A stretch of DNA of 64,000 nucleotides from Chiloscyllium plagiosum (taxonomy: Eukaryota): NCBI RefSeq assembly GCF_004010195.1, contig NC_057728.1, positions 52,344,401 to 52,408,400 on the forward strand, written 5' to 3'. Under the pieces are notes generated by a model. It worked only from the letters and a program-made list of their open reading frames with translations. It was not told the DNA's origin and ran no database searches. Positions 24,071 through 35,797 of the stretch are shown here, piece after piece. Position 1 is the first letter of the stretch, and the number at the start of each line of letters is the position of its first letter. A program made the translations under genes and the position numbers.

Positions 24071-25499
24071 CCAAGGAGCCAAGCTATCCAAGAGCTGATA
24101 ATGAGCAGGATGACAGGATTAATTGATAAAATCTTAGTGAAGAAGCCTCTAAGTTACAGTGATTGTAATGTGATTGAATTTCATGTTCAGTTTGAACGAG
24201 AATAATGAGCCTAAGATTAGTGTTTAAATCTGAATCAAGGTAATCATAATATTGTGTGATAGCAAAAGTGAAAACTAGTTAAAAAACTAGCTTAAAGAAA
24301 GGACAGTCGAAATGCTGTGGCAGACTGAAGTAGAATTTTAATAATTCTCAGCAAAGATTTATCCCTGCTTTTTTTTTGAGAACGATACATCATCCATGGT
24401 TAAATAGAGAAATGAAGGATAGAAACAATCTGCAAAAAATTAAAAACCAGCAAAGAATAAATTTTTAAAAGGGAGAAAATAGAGTACAGAGGAACCTCGA
24501 TTATCCGAACAAGATAGGTGGTCACTATTTCATTCGGTTAGTTGATTATTCGGTTAGTTGATTCAATGCCTTTCGTCTGGGGCTGGGAGTTTTCTGTTCA
24601 GTCCGCGATCCGTTCAGGAGACGAGGCAGCAGCACACCGCGCGTGAGCCCCTGCCCGCCCCTCAACCCTGTCCAACACTGAACCCCCATGCACCCCCGCC
24701 CCTGCCCCCACCCACCCCCCTGACCATTTTGAAGAACACCTCTACTCAGTCCACAAGCATGACTCTGACCTTCCAAGGACCTGCTATTTCAATGCATCAG
24801 CTTGTTCCCATGCTCTCATACTCTGTCCTAGACCTGCTGCAATATTCTAGTAAAGCACATCATAAGCTGAAGAAACAACACCTCATTCTTCACTTAGTCA
24901 CTTAATGCTCTTCTAGTCTCGACATTGAGTTCAACAATTTCAGACCATGAACTCTTACCTTTATTGTACTTTAACAAGATGAAACAGGTCAAATGCTACA
25001 GGAATCACTGCTAGGGCCTCAGCTATTTGCAATATTTTGCAGTGGCCTGGTTGAACTGGTACATGAATCACAAAAAGTTTAGTATGCAGGTACAGCAAGT
25101 AATTAGGAAGGCAAATGGAATGTTTGTGTTTATTGCAAGGAGGAACGGAATATAAAATTGGGAACATTTTCCTGTGTGTTCAGGTCCTTAGTGAGACCAC
25201 ATCTGGAGTACTCTGTACAATCTCAGTCTCCTTATTCAAAATAAAATGTAGTTAGATTAGAAGTTGTACATTTGATTCATTCCTGAGATGCATCACTTCA
25301 CCCATGGGAGTGCCTACTGTAGTTTAAAAGAATGAGAGGTGATAATGTTGAAATATGTATAATTGAGAGAAGTGCAACTGAGATCATTACCAGATTATTC
25401 ATTATCCTATTGAATAGCATACTCCTGCTCTTTGCTTCATATGTTCCTATCGAAGTCTTCAGGTGAAATGGAATTAGGGTGCAGCGTATAATTTTTAAG

Positions 25500-25699
25500 A
25501 CTTGAAGATCCCGCTGTTGGACTGGGATGGACAAAGTTAAAAATCATACTACACCAAATTATAGTCCAGCAGGTTTATTGGAAGCACAAGCTTTCGGAGT
25601 ACTGCTTCTGTTGCAGCAACCGCCTGATGAAGAAGCAGCGTTTCAAAAGTTAGTGCTTCCAAATAAACCTGTTGGACTATAACCTGGTGTTGTGTGATT
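25500..25699. mobile_element. Short palindromic Penelope-related element, 13-bp TSD
   Basis: TSD TATAATTTTTAAG at 25487-25499 and 25700-25712; same family as 57644-58273; CCTGATGAAG core at 25623. Confidence 0.75.
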
Positions 25700-26187
25700 T
25701 ATAATTTTTAAGTTATACTTTATTTATTCCACATTATTATTAATATTAATATTAAATAATATTATTAATAAATAGTAATACCACTTTGGCAAGATACGGA
25801 AATATGGAGACTTGATAGTAGACCTGATGGTCTGTATTGCAAAGAAGCTGCTATATTCCAGACATGCTAAAAGATGCAGTATGAAACGACCACTTTGCCA
25901 TCAGTTGATGGGGATGATTGTAACTTAGGGAGTTTCCATTCTAAATAACAACATGGGAATTTATAGGGAGAAGTTGATAGCAGGTGCAAATTGAGTAAAT
26001 TCTGTTGTAGTTGTTAGTGTTAATGCACTGAGTTTGTTTGAGGAGTTGCACATTTGACAAATTGGCTGACAATTTGTACAAATGCCAATTTAAGCAATGG
26101 TGTTTTCAAACTTTTGATTTTGCATGTTTTTCCAGTTTTAATTATCATAAATTTCCTGTGTCATTATGTTCACTTTATTTTCAACAG

Positions 26188-26352
26188 GTAATTGAATGGC
26201 ACAAAAAAATTGAAGAGCTCCGTCTCCAAGATCTCAAAACAAATCGATGTATAAACAAGCAAAAAGAAGAAATAACTTATTTAAACAATGTAATAACTGA
26301 TCTGGAGCACACCATCAACAATCTAGAAGAAGAGACGGTTCAACAAAACAAG
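26188..26352 (+). CDS. CEP290: CEP290 exon 32 equivalent
   Basis: 165 bp, VIEWHKKIEELRLQDLKTNRCINKQKEEITYLNNVITDLEHTINNLEEETVQQNK. Confidence 0.96.
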
Positions 26353-26730
26353 GTGAGCATCATCAGTCCGTGACAATCATTTGCATTGTTAGACCACAAA
26401 GACCACTTCATCCGTCTGGTTCACTTGCCAGTTACAATTGTACATAATCTCAACGATCGCTGGCAGTTAGTCCACAACAGGTCCAGGCATGAACCCAATA
26501 ATACCCTGACGGTAGTGAAGAATTTGGGAACCACAGGTTCAAAGTCGCCTGTTTTTCCCAAGGAGGCTGCAGTCATAGCTCAAATTACTCATAAGATATC
26601 TCAGAATGCTGTTTTTTTTTTAATTTAAGCTAATTTCATTTGAATGAATCAATACTAACTGCTTTCACCAACTTCTTAGGAAACCTATTACATAGTTTGA
26701 CCATTTGCTTTCTTTACCCAATTCCAACAG

Positions 26731-26838
26731 CTCCATGAAGAGCGGCAGATAGCATGGGATCGCAGAGAGTTAGAACTACAACATCAGTTGGATATGTATG
26801 AACATCAACATAACGAAATACTGAGTGCAGCTCAAAAG
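26731..26838 (+). CDS. CEP290: CEP290 exon 33 equivalent
   Basis: 108 bp, LHEERQIAWDRRELELQHQLDMYEHQHNEILSAAQK, ag/gt. Confidence 0.95.
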
Positions 26839-27174
26839 GTGGATGTGTTCTTTGGCTTATAGACGATGCATGTAAATTTTAGGATAGGGTGAAAATTGCA
26901 ATGACTTCTTCAATTAATCAGGTCAAAATATTCTGTAAGTGAGAGGATAACATTTTAATGTAATTTCCAGTGACATTACTCAGGATAGACCTTAGAATGA
27001 AACAGCACAGGATGCCATTTGGCATACCATACCCTGGTGTGTCTTTGAAACACTAGTTGCACTCTTCTGCTCTTCCCTCATAGTCCTGCAAAGTTTCTTT
27101 TCCAAGAAAATGCCCCTTTCCTTTTGAAAGTTGCTATTGCAGCTGGTAACACCACCCTAGCAGTCAGTGAATTT

Positions 27175-27486
27175 GATTAGATTAGATTAGATTAGATTAC
27201 TTACAGTGTGGAAGCAGGCCCTTCGGCCCAACCAGTCCACACCGCCCCGCCGAAGTGCAACCCACCCATACCCCTACATTTACCCCTTACCTAACACTAC
27301 GGGCAATTTAGCATGGCCAATTCACCTGACCTGCACGTCTTTGGACGTGGGAGGAAACCGGAGCACCGAAGGAAACCCACGCAGACACGGGGAGAACATG
27401 CAAACTCCACACAGTCAGTCGCCTGAGGCAGGAATTGAACCGGGTCTCTGGCGCTGTGAGGCAGCAGTGCTAACCACTGTGCCGCC
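27175..27486 (-). mobile_element. HE1-like V-SINE
   Basis: Homologous to 12918-13230, (GATTA)n tail. Confidence 0.92.
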
Positions 27487-28677
27487 ATTATGGATCATAA
27501 AGCTTGCTACTTAAAACTAATTTTCATCCTCCTCTCATTCTTTTGAGAATTACTTTGAAATCTGTCTCCACTAGTTATTGACTCTGCGAGCAATTGAAAC
27601 ATTCCTCCCATTTACTCTATTAAAGCTGTTCGTAATTTTGAGTATAAAGGGCAGTGCCAAATCTGTTGTTCACATAGGAACATACATTATGAATTAGGAG
27701 AAGAGGAAGGCCATTTGGCTTCTTGAGTCTGCTCTGCCATTCAACGAGATCATGACTGATCAGTTTGCCTTTAGAATTCCCAACTACCTCCACTAGCCTT
27801 TGACGCCCTTGCCTAATAAGAATCTCCACCTTAAAAAAATTCAATGATCCCACATCCATGGCCCTGAGAAGCAGAATTCCAAATGAATTTACCTCTGAGA
27901 GAGAGAGAAAAAAACTCATCTGTATCTGAAAGGAAAAACCCTAGTTTTTAAACAGTGCCTGCGAGTTCTGGACTCAATCACAAAAGGAAACTTCCTTTTC
28001 ATGTCCACTTTGTCAGGAACCCAGGACCATTCAGGATATTCTACATTTCACTTGAGACACTCCTCGCCACTGTTCCTTCTCAGCTGCAAGCTGCTTTGGG
28101 TTTCCCCACATGGCGATCAGCGTTGACCTGTGATTTAAAAGATAGCACCCATGCATGACCTCAGAGGCCCACACAACCAGCAACAAATTTGGAGGGATCG
28201 CCTTCCCTCACACTTCTAACCTCTAGTGGAAACAAGCCGAGTATATCCAGCCTTCCCTCATAACACAACCTGAATATTCCTGGTAGCATCTAGTAAACTT
28301 CCTCTGAATTGCCTCCAACACATTTACATCTTCCCTCCAATAAGGAGACTAAAACTGCACGCAGGATGCGGTCTCACCAATCCTCTGTGTAACCAAAGCA
28401 TAGTATCCATAGTTCCTCTTCTAATAAAAGATAGCATTCTACTAGTCTTAATTATTTGCTGTACAGCATGCTAACCTTTTGTGACTCGTACCGTAGAAAA
28501 CCTAGATCCCTCTGCATCACATTTCCTTTATTTTCTTAAAAATCTCAACAGATTCCTATTGTGGTAGAGCATTTGAACAATAGAATATGCTTCTAATGTG
28601 GTAAAATCTGTCTTTAATGCTTACAGTTGTGTAATGTTGTCCTTTTATGTTTACTCATCACATTCCATTCCTGACAG

Positions 28678-28812
28678 TTTGAGGAAGCGACTGGCTCCAT
28701 CCCGGACCCCAATAAACCACTTCCAGAGCAGCTAAATGTAGCTCTGCAAAAGATCAGAGAGCATGTCTTCATAATTCTTGAAACACAAGCAACCTGCAGA
28801 ACTCTAGAAGAG
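28678..28812 (+). CDS. CEP290: CEP290 exon 34 equivalent
   Basis: 135 bp, FEEATGSIPDPNKPLPEQLNVALQKIREHVFIILETQATCRTLEE. Confidence 0.96.
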
Positions 28813-29435
28813 GTAAAAGAAATGCTGAGAACCATTAATTTGCAATTTTAAAATGTCAATAAGACATGCAATAAATGATTGTGCTAATATTTTATTGGAA
28901 AGACCATGGAGTGTAGATTCAACCTTCTGACACTCCCTGCCTAAACTTGTTTACTTTGCCATCTGCCTTCCCAGTATGGTGACCCCTAAGGTTCTGTTCT
29001 TGGTACCTTCTTATCTCTCATCTGTATGCTGTCCCATTACAACATCACCAAGAGCACCACAACAGTTTCCACATGAATGCTGATGACACCTTGATCGCTT
29101 CACTATCTCTTAAAATAGTGGATAAGCAGAAATTTGCTCCAACCTAATTTTTCTGGATGGAGACAAACATTTTGAATTTCATCTGATGAAAAACAGTGGA
29201 AATGGCATGTGTGGCATTGTCTAGGATGAAAGTGTGGGAGTTCTATATGAGTTGGGATTTATGCAGATTGGAATTTAGAAGGTTAATGAGGAAGGAATTT
29301 GAAAGGCTAAGTCCTTAGGTAATGAAATCATGAATAAAATACCCTATGGTCTGTATCCCTTTGTTTGTTATGTTCTGCCTGTGCTGTTGCAAAACAAAAC
29401 TTTTTTATTGTACATAGGTACATGTGCCAACAATA

Positions 29436-29462
29436 AATCAAATCAAATCAAATCAAATCAAA
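29436..29462. repeat. (AAATC)n microsatellite
   Basis: aaatcaaatcaaatcaaatcaaatcaa. Confidence 0.9.
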
Positions 29463-30684
29463 TAAAGCAGTCACCCATGGTGAGGTTAAGGTAGGCTGGT
29501 GTAGACAGTTTTTTCAGAAGTGGAAAAAGATGCTGCCGCTGATGGTAAGCATATAGGGTTTGAACTTTGGAGTAGCCTGTCTATATGTTTTCCCATTTTA
29601 TTTCGTATATTATGTGTGATAGAAAATAAATAAAAATATAAAGCAAGTTAGAAAATGAAGTGGAATGCACACTGTAAAAAGGCCCAGATTTTCCGATGGC
29701 CAGGTAATTGTTTCAGCAGTGTAGATGGGAGTTATATGTTGGTGCTGAGTGACTATTCGACTATTCAACTGAAAGCCTCCCCCCCCACAATTAACCACAA
29801 TGTCTACCTCACCTCTCCCTGCCCCCCCCCACCCTCTTGCCCCACCCAGTACACCTGCCCAAGATCCTTTATACCTCAGACCATGGCATAATAACCACCT
29901 CCCGTCTGCTGAGGATGCAACATCCTCAGTTACCGAGAGCTGATGCCCCTCACCCCCACACCTGACACCCTTCTATCCCTGAGACCCAACTCCAGGACTC
30001 TAATGCCACTGGACCCAACACCACCACACACATACCCCGCCACCACCCAACTATTCCCCCTGCCTTTGTACCTGACTCCCTCTGGAACCCGACACCCTCC
30101 CTACCTCTGCTTCTTCACACCATACCTGACCCATCCCTTTCCCGCCCAAGCAGACCAGGTAATTGCTACCCATTCCGACTTGCACTAAATACTCCAATAT
30201 TCACCTAAGATTCTTCCCACCTAAACCAACTGGCATCCTGATTCCCTACCCCCTACTCACCTGTCGTCTGCCTTTCCAGCACCTTAATTTCATGTTCAAA
30301 GTGGTTGTCAGTGATGCTGAACCTTTAAGTCACAGACTCGATAACTGACTGCTGTGAAAAGGGCATGTTGCCTTCTCCTGTCAGAATCTCCTGTCAGAAA
30401 TGTGGAGCCCTCTCTTCACATTTTAAAAAAAAAGGAGCAGTGTGACTATCTGAGTGCCATTCAGAAAATCTCCAATAACTCACTAGCATTTGTAAACTTC
30501 ATCCAAAAAATAGCTTGTTCTTTTTCAAAACAAAATAAGGGTATGTTAACTGAAGAAATGTGGCGGAAGTTTGGAATTGATTCAGAAACCATTTCTGAGA
30601 TCCTTTTTAACTTTATGTACAATCCTTAAGTACATGATATTATCAACATAATACGATTTGTTAGTTCAACTAATCTCTTTACAG

Positions 30685-30954
30685 AAACTTAAAGAGAAGG
30701 AGGCATCTCTGTGGAAGGCAGAACAGAATGTGCTATCCCGAGACCAAGTTATAAATGAGCTCAGACTTCGACTACCAGCTACGGCTGAGCGTGAAAAGCT
30801 GATGGTGGACCTTAGTACTAAGACAGATGATGATACGGAAAGTAGGAAGGCCCTGAAAGTAGCTCATCAAACCATTGCTAACCTGCAGGCTAGGCTAGAC
30901 CAGAAAGAGGAAGTCCTACAAAAGTACCAGCAGTTACTGACAAGAGCTCACCAG
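30685..30954 (+). CDS. CEP290: CEP290 exon 35 equivalent
   Basis: 270 bp, KLKEKEASLWKAEQNVLSRDQVINELRLRLPATAEREKL...QARLDQKEEVLQKYQQLLTRAHQ. Confidence 0.96.
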
Positions 30955-32040
30955 GTAAGGAAAGTTACATTGTTGTAAGGAAGAGCAAACTTTCAGTTGT
31001 GTATGGACCTTTTTGCATCCTCTGGCATTCCAAAATGCTTTATAACCAAAGAAGGCTTTTTGAAGTGTAGTCGCTGTTGTAGTTAGGAAATGTGGCAGCC
31101 GACTTACACACAGAAAACTCCCACAAACAGCAATGACCAGATAATGTGTTTTGGTGATGTTTGTTGAGGAATATTTTTTGGCTAGGACATTAGTTAAAAT
31201 TCATTCTCTCTTCTAACCAGTGCCAGGAACAATGTTCCCCTTTATTTACAATCTATTCATTTTAATTTGAAATATCTTCAAATTCTTTTTGTGACTATAT
31301 GGTACAGTGTCTTAAAGCAGACAAACTGACAGAAGCCTTCATGATACCTTCCAGGTAACCATGTGATCTCAAGTTCTCATTGCACACATGAAACATTAAC
31401 CGTGATCCTTGAAGATGGAGGGGATCTCAATTTAACATAGGCTATAAGAAAGAGATGAGAAACAGTCAGAAATGTGGCTTTTAAGTACTTGAAAATTTTA
31501 GGAAGATATTTGGGTCTGTAGTGATTATGACAGCAATGAGATACTGGAAATATTTTTGCTGGAGAAGAAGGCACACTTACAATTATGAATAATTTTGAAA
31601 CGATGAACAAGAAAAGGAAGTTCCCGCCTGGTGTCAATGAGGCAGAGTTCTCTGTTAAATTGTTGCAGAGTAGGTGCAGAGATATTGGAAAATATTTACT
31701 TACACAGTATTAATGCAGTAGTTGAAACAAGAGGTCATTAGACCTTTTCAAGGGGAGATAGGCATTCAATGAAGGAAATGATGCATGGTTATGAGGAGAG
31801 AATGTGGCAATGGCATTAATCTAACAAAACGAAAAGCAGTGGGCTGAATGCATTCTTTCCCTTATTTAAAACTGTTGTGGTTCATTGGATAAGCAGGAGA
31901 GAAGAATCAAGTTTTTGTTGGAAATACTCAAACTTGGGTTCTGTTTCACCAAAACCTTATTGACGAAGAACCAGGAACAAGAATTCATACATAACTAAGT
32001 CATATAGATTACTTATCCTTTTTTTTTAAACACTTCACAG

Positions 32041-32148
32041 GACCGAGAAGAAATTGCAAAGAAACACGCGAAGGATCTTAAAGCCTTGCACCTGAAATTG
32101 GATTCATATGCAGATGCATCACTGAATAAATTTAAACAATCTGCAGTG
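32041..32148 (+). CDS. CEP290: CEP290 exon 36 equivalent
   Basis: 108 bp, DREEIAKKHAKDLKALHLKLDSYADASLNKFKQSAV, ag/gt. Confidence 0.94.
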
Positions 32149-32530
32149 GTTAGTTTAACCCTTCATATTGCTTTTTTTCTGTAAAAATAACTAAGTTCTG
32201 GATGTATGTTTGCTCACTGAGCTGGAAGGTTTGTTTTCAGACATTTTGTCACCATAATAGGTAACATTGTCAGTGAGCCTCCGGTGAAGCGCTGGTGTTA
32301 CCTCCCGCTTTCTGTTTATGGGTCTTGGTTTCTTAAGGTGGGTGATATCATTTCCTGTTCTTTTTCTTAGAGGGTGGTAGATGGGATCCAAATTGATGTG
32401 TTTATTGATGGAGTTCTGGTTGGAATATCAGGCCTCGAGGAATTCTCATGCATGTCTCTTTTCGCTTGTCCTAGGATGGATGTGTTGCCCAATCAAAGTG
32501 GTGTCCTCCTTCGTCTTTATGCAAGAATAC

Positions 32531-33202
32531 GTGATAGAGATTCGAGGAATAGGGAAAGAGAACACTTAAATGCGTGGCTACAGGGATGGTGCAGGAGGGA
32601 GGGATTCCGGTTTTTGGATAACTGGGGTTCTTTCTGGGGACGGTGGGACCTCTATAAACAGGATGGTCTACACCTGAACCTGAGGGGCACCAGTATCCTT
32701 GGGGGGAGGTTTGCTAGTGCTCTTGGGGGGGGTTTAAACTAACTCTGCAGGGGCATGGGAACCCAGATTGTAGCTTCAGGGTGCAGGGCCTGGAGTGTAG
32801 GGAGGTTAGGAACATGGCATCAATTTCAAAGGAGGGCTTGTTTCAAAGCCAGCTCAGTTTGGGCTGAGGTTAGGAATAGGAAAGGTGAGGTCACCCTGTT
32901 AGGAGTCTTTTACAGGCCTCCTAATAGTCCTAGAATCATTGAAGAAAGGATAGGGAAGGTGATTCAGGAGATGAGTGACAGTAATAGGGTGGTTGTTATG
33001 GGGGACTTTAATTTTCCTGATATTGATTGGGAAAGCTATAGCTCAAGTTCGTTAGATGGGTCAGTGTTTGTTCAATGTGTGCAGGAGGGTTTCCTGACAC
33101 ACTATGTAGACAGGCCAACAAGAGGTGAGGCCATACTGGATTTGGTTCTGGGTAACGAACCAGGCCAGGTGTTAGAATTAGAGGTAGGTGAGCACTTTGG
33201 GG
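32531..33202 (+). mobile_element. CR1 LINE fragment: end of ORF1 esterase plus ORF2 endonuclease
   Basis: LNAWLQGWCRREGFRFLDNWG..DLYKQDGLHLN (SGNH-esterase-like ORF1); GVFYRPPN, VVMGDFNFPDIDW, PTRGEAILDLVL (APE endonuclease). Confidence 0.9.
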
Positions 33203-34585
33203 ATCAAAATCTCAGATCAGAAGAACATTATAGGGAATCTGCTTAGGTGGGAGTTGCAGTAAGGAAACAAGGGGCAGCAAACACTGAGAGTTCTTCATGG
33301 GACACTAAGCAATAATGGTCTTGGATGACATGGTATTAATTAGAATAGACAAGCAAGTATATTGAGTAAGTACGGTAATCATGGGAGACATTCAATCTGC
33401 ATGTCGTCTAGGTAAATTTGAGAGCTAAAGCTGCAGGCAATGAATTTCTGGACTGTGGTCGGGATGTTTTTCTTTTGGTTTTGAACATTATAAAGCCATA
33501 CTTCGCAAGAGCAGCAGTAAGCCAATTCACCCATTGAATATCCTCTGCCTTTCATGAGATCACAGCTGATCTGATAATGCTCAACTTCACTTTCTTACCT
33601 TATTCCCATTACCCTTGATTCCATTGCTGGGTTAAGAATCTGCCTATCTCAATTCAGCTTGATAACCCTCTGGTAAGGAATTTCGCAGATTCACTACTAT
33701 CAGAGAACAAATTCCTTCTCATCTCTGTCTTAAGTGATGACCCGTATTCTGCAATTGTGTCCTCTGGTCTTTGATACTTCCACAGCAGGGGAGAAAAAAC
33801 CTTTCCACGTCTATCCTGTCATGTCCTTTGAGAATCTTGTCGTGGACCTAGCAAGGGAGTCGTGGAAGGAATGATCTTTACGCAACGCAGATAGGGGTGT
33901 GGAGGGAAATCTCTCTCTGGTAGGGTCAGTTTGTAGATGGCGGAGGATATTGCAATGCATATCATGATGGAGGTTGGAAGGTGAGGACCAGGAGGGCTCT
34001 GTCCTTGTTGCGGTTGGAGGGGTGGGGTTCGAGGGCAAGATAGAGTATTCCAAATCTTCATAACTGTGTGTAAGATGAATTTTGCCAAGTATGAAATGGC
34101 ATTCTCTGTATTTTTAAAATGGTGCCCCAGGGTTCTAGATTCCCCAGCCAGGGAAGCTATCTTATCTGCATCTATCCTGGATCTAGAGTTGGGGGCTAAA
34201 TGTAGTGTCACAGCTTGCAGATGGCACTCGAGTGGGAGAGCAAGGTGTGCAGAGGACACCATGTCTGCAGAGAGATATGGTTAAGTGAGTGGGCAAGGGT
34301 ATGGCAGATGGAATATGATGTTGGTGAATGTGAGGTCAACAATTTTGATAAGAATTACAACAGAATGGACTATTATTTATGTGGTGAAAAATTGAACATG
34401 CTGCTGTGCAGAGGGACCTGGATGTCCTTTAACATGAATGACAAAAGGTTGGCTTGCAGGTGTAGCAGGTAATTAAAAAGGTAAATAGAATATTGTGCTT
34501 GTGGGAGATTAGAAATGTTGTTTTTGCAGGTGGGGGGGGAAGGGAAGGGGAACATTATAAAAACGGTCGCGGAAATCAAAGAATT

Positions 34586-35797
34586 CTTTAATTCTTTGAA
34601 AAGGTGACGAAGGAGGTTGATGAGGGGAAAGCGGTAGATGTGGTATATATGGATTTTAGTAAGGCGTTTGATAAGGTTCCCCATGGTAGGTTACTGCAGA
34701 AAATACGGAGATATGGCATTGGGGGTGAGTTGGAGGTTTGGATTAGGAATTGGCTGGATGGAAGAAGACAGAGGGTAGTAGTTGATGGCAAAGTTTCTTC
34801 ATGGAGTGCCGTCACTAGCGGTGTTCCGCAAGGATCTGTTTTGGGACCATTGCTGTTTGTCATTTTTATAAATGACCTGGAAGAGGGGTTAGAAGGTTGG
34901 GTGAGCAAGTTTGCGGATGATACGAAAGTCGGAGGAGTTGTTGACAGTGAGGGAGGATGTGGCAGGTTACAGCAGGATATAGAGAAGCTGCTGAGCTGGG
35001 CAGAAAGGTGGCAAATGGAATTCAATGTAGCTAAGTGTGATGTGATTCACTTTGGGAAGAATAACAAAAAGATGGGGTTCTGGGCTAATGGTCGGATACT
35101 TGGTAGTGTGGATGAGCAGAGGGATCTTGGTGTCCATGTACACAGATCTCTGAAAGTTGCCACCCAGGTAAATAGTGCGGTGTGGAAGGCATATGGCGTA
35201 CTGGCTTTTATTGGTAGAGGAATTGAGTTCCGGAGTCCTGAGGTCATGATGCAGTTGTATAAGACTCTGGTGCGGCCGCATCTGGAATATTGTGTGCAGT
35301 TTTGGTCGCCATACTATAGGAAGGATGTGGAGGCACTGGAACGGGTGCAGAGGAGGTTTACCAGGATGTTGCCTGGTATGGAAGGAAGATCGTATGAGGA
35401 AAGATTGAGACACTTGGGGCTGTTTTCATTAGAGAAAAGAAGGTTTAGGGGTGACTTGATTGAGGTGTACAAGATGATTAGGGGGTTAGATAGGGTTGAC
35501 AGTGTGAACCTTTTCCCGCGTATGGAGTCGGGTATTACAAGGGGGCATAGCTTTAAATTAAGGGGGGGGGGGTAGATATAGGACTGAGTTAGGGGTAGGT
35601 TCTTCACTCAGCGAGTCGTAAGTTCATGGAATGCCCTGCCAGTAGCAGTGGTGGACTCTCCCTCTTTATGGGCATTTAAGCGGGCATTGGATAGGTATAT
35701 GGAGGATAGTGGGTTAATATAAGTTAGGTGGGCTTGGATCGGCGCAACATCGAGGGCCAAAGGGCCTGTACTGCGCTGTATTCTTCTATGTTCTATG
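34586..35797 (+). mobile_element. Young CR1 LINE, RT domain and 3' end
   Basis: 323-aa ORF with DFSKAFDKVPH, GVPQGSVLGPLLF, FADDTK; (TTCTATG)n tail. Confidence 0.95.

Noticed and set aside
29780..30270. Proline-rich ORFs
   Set aside because: C-rich low-complexity DNA with no splice or homology support.
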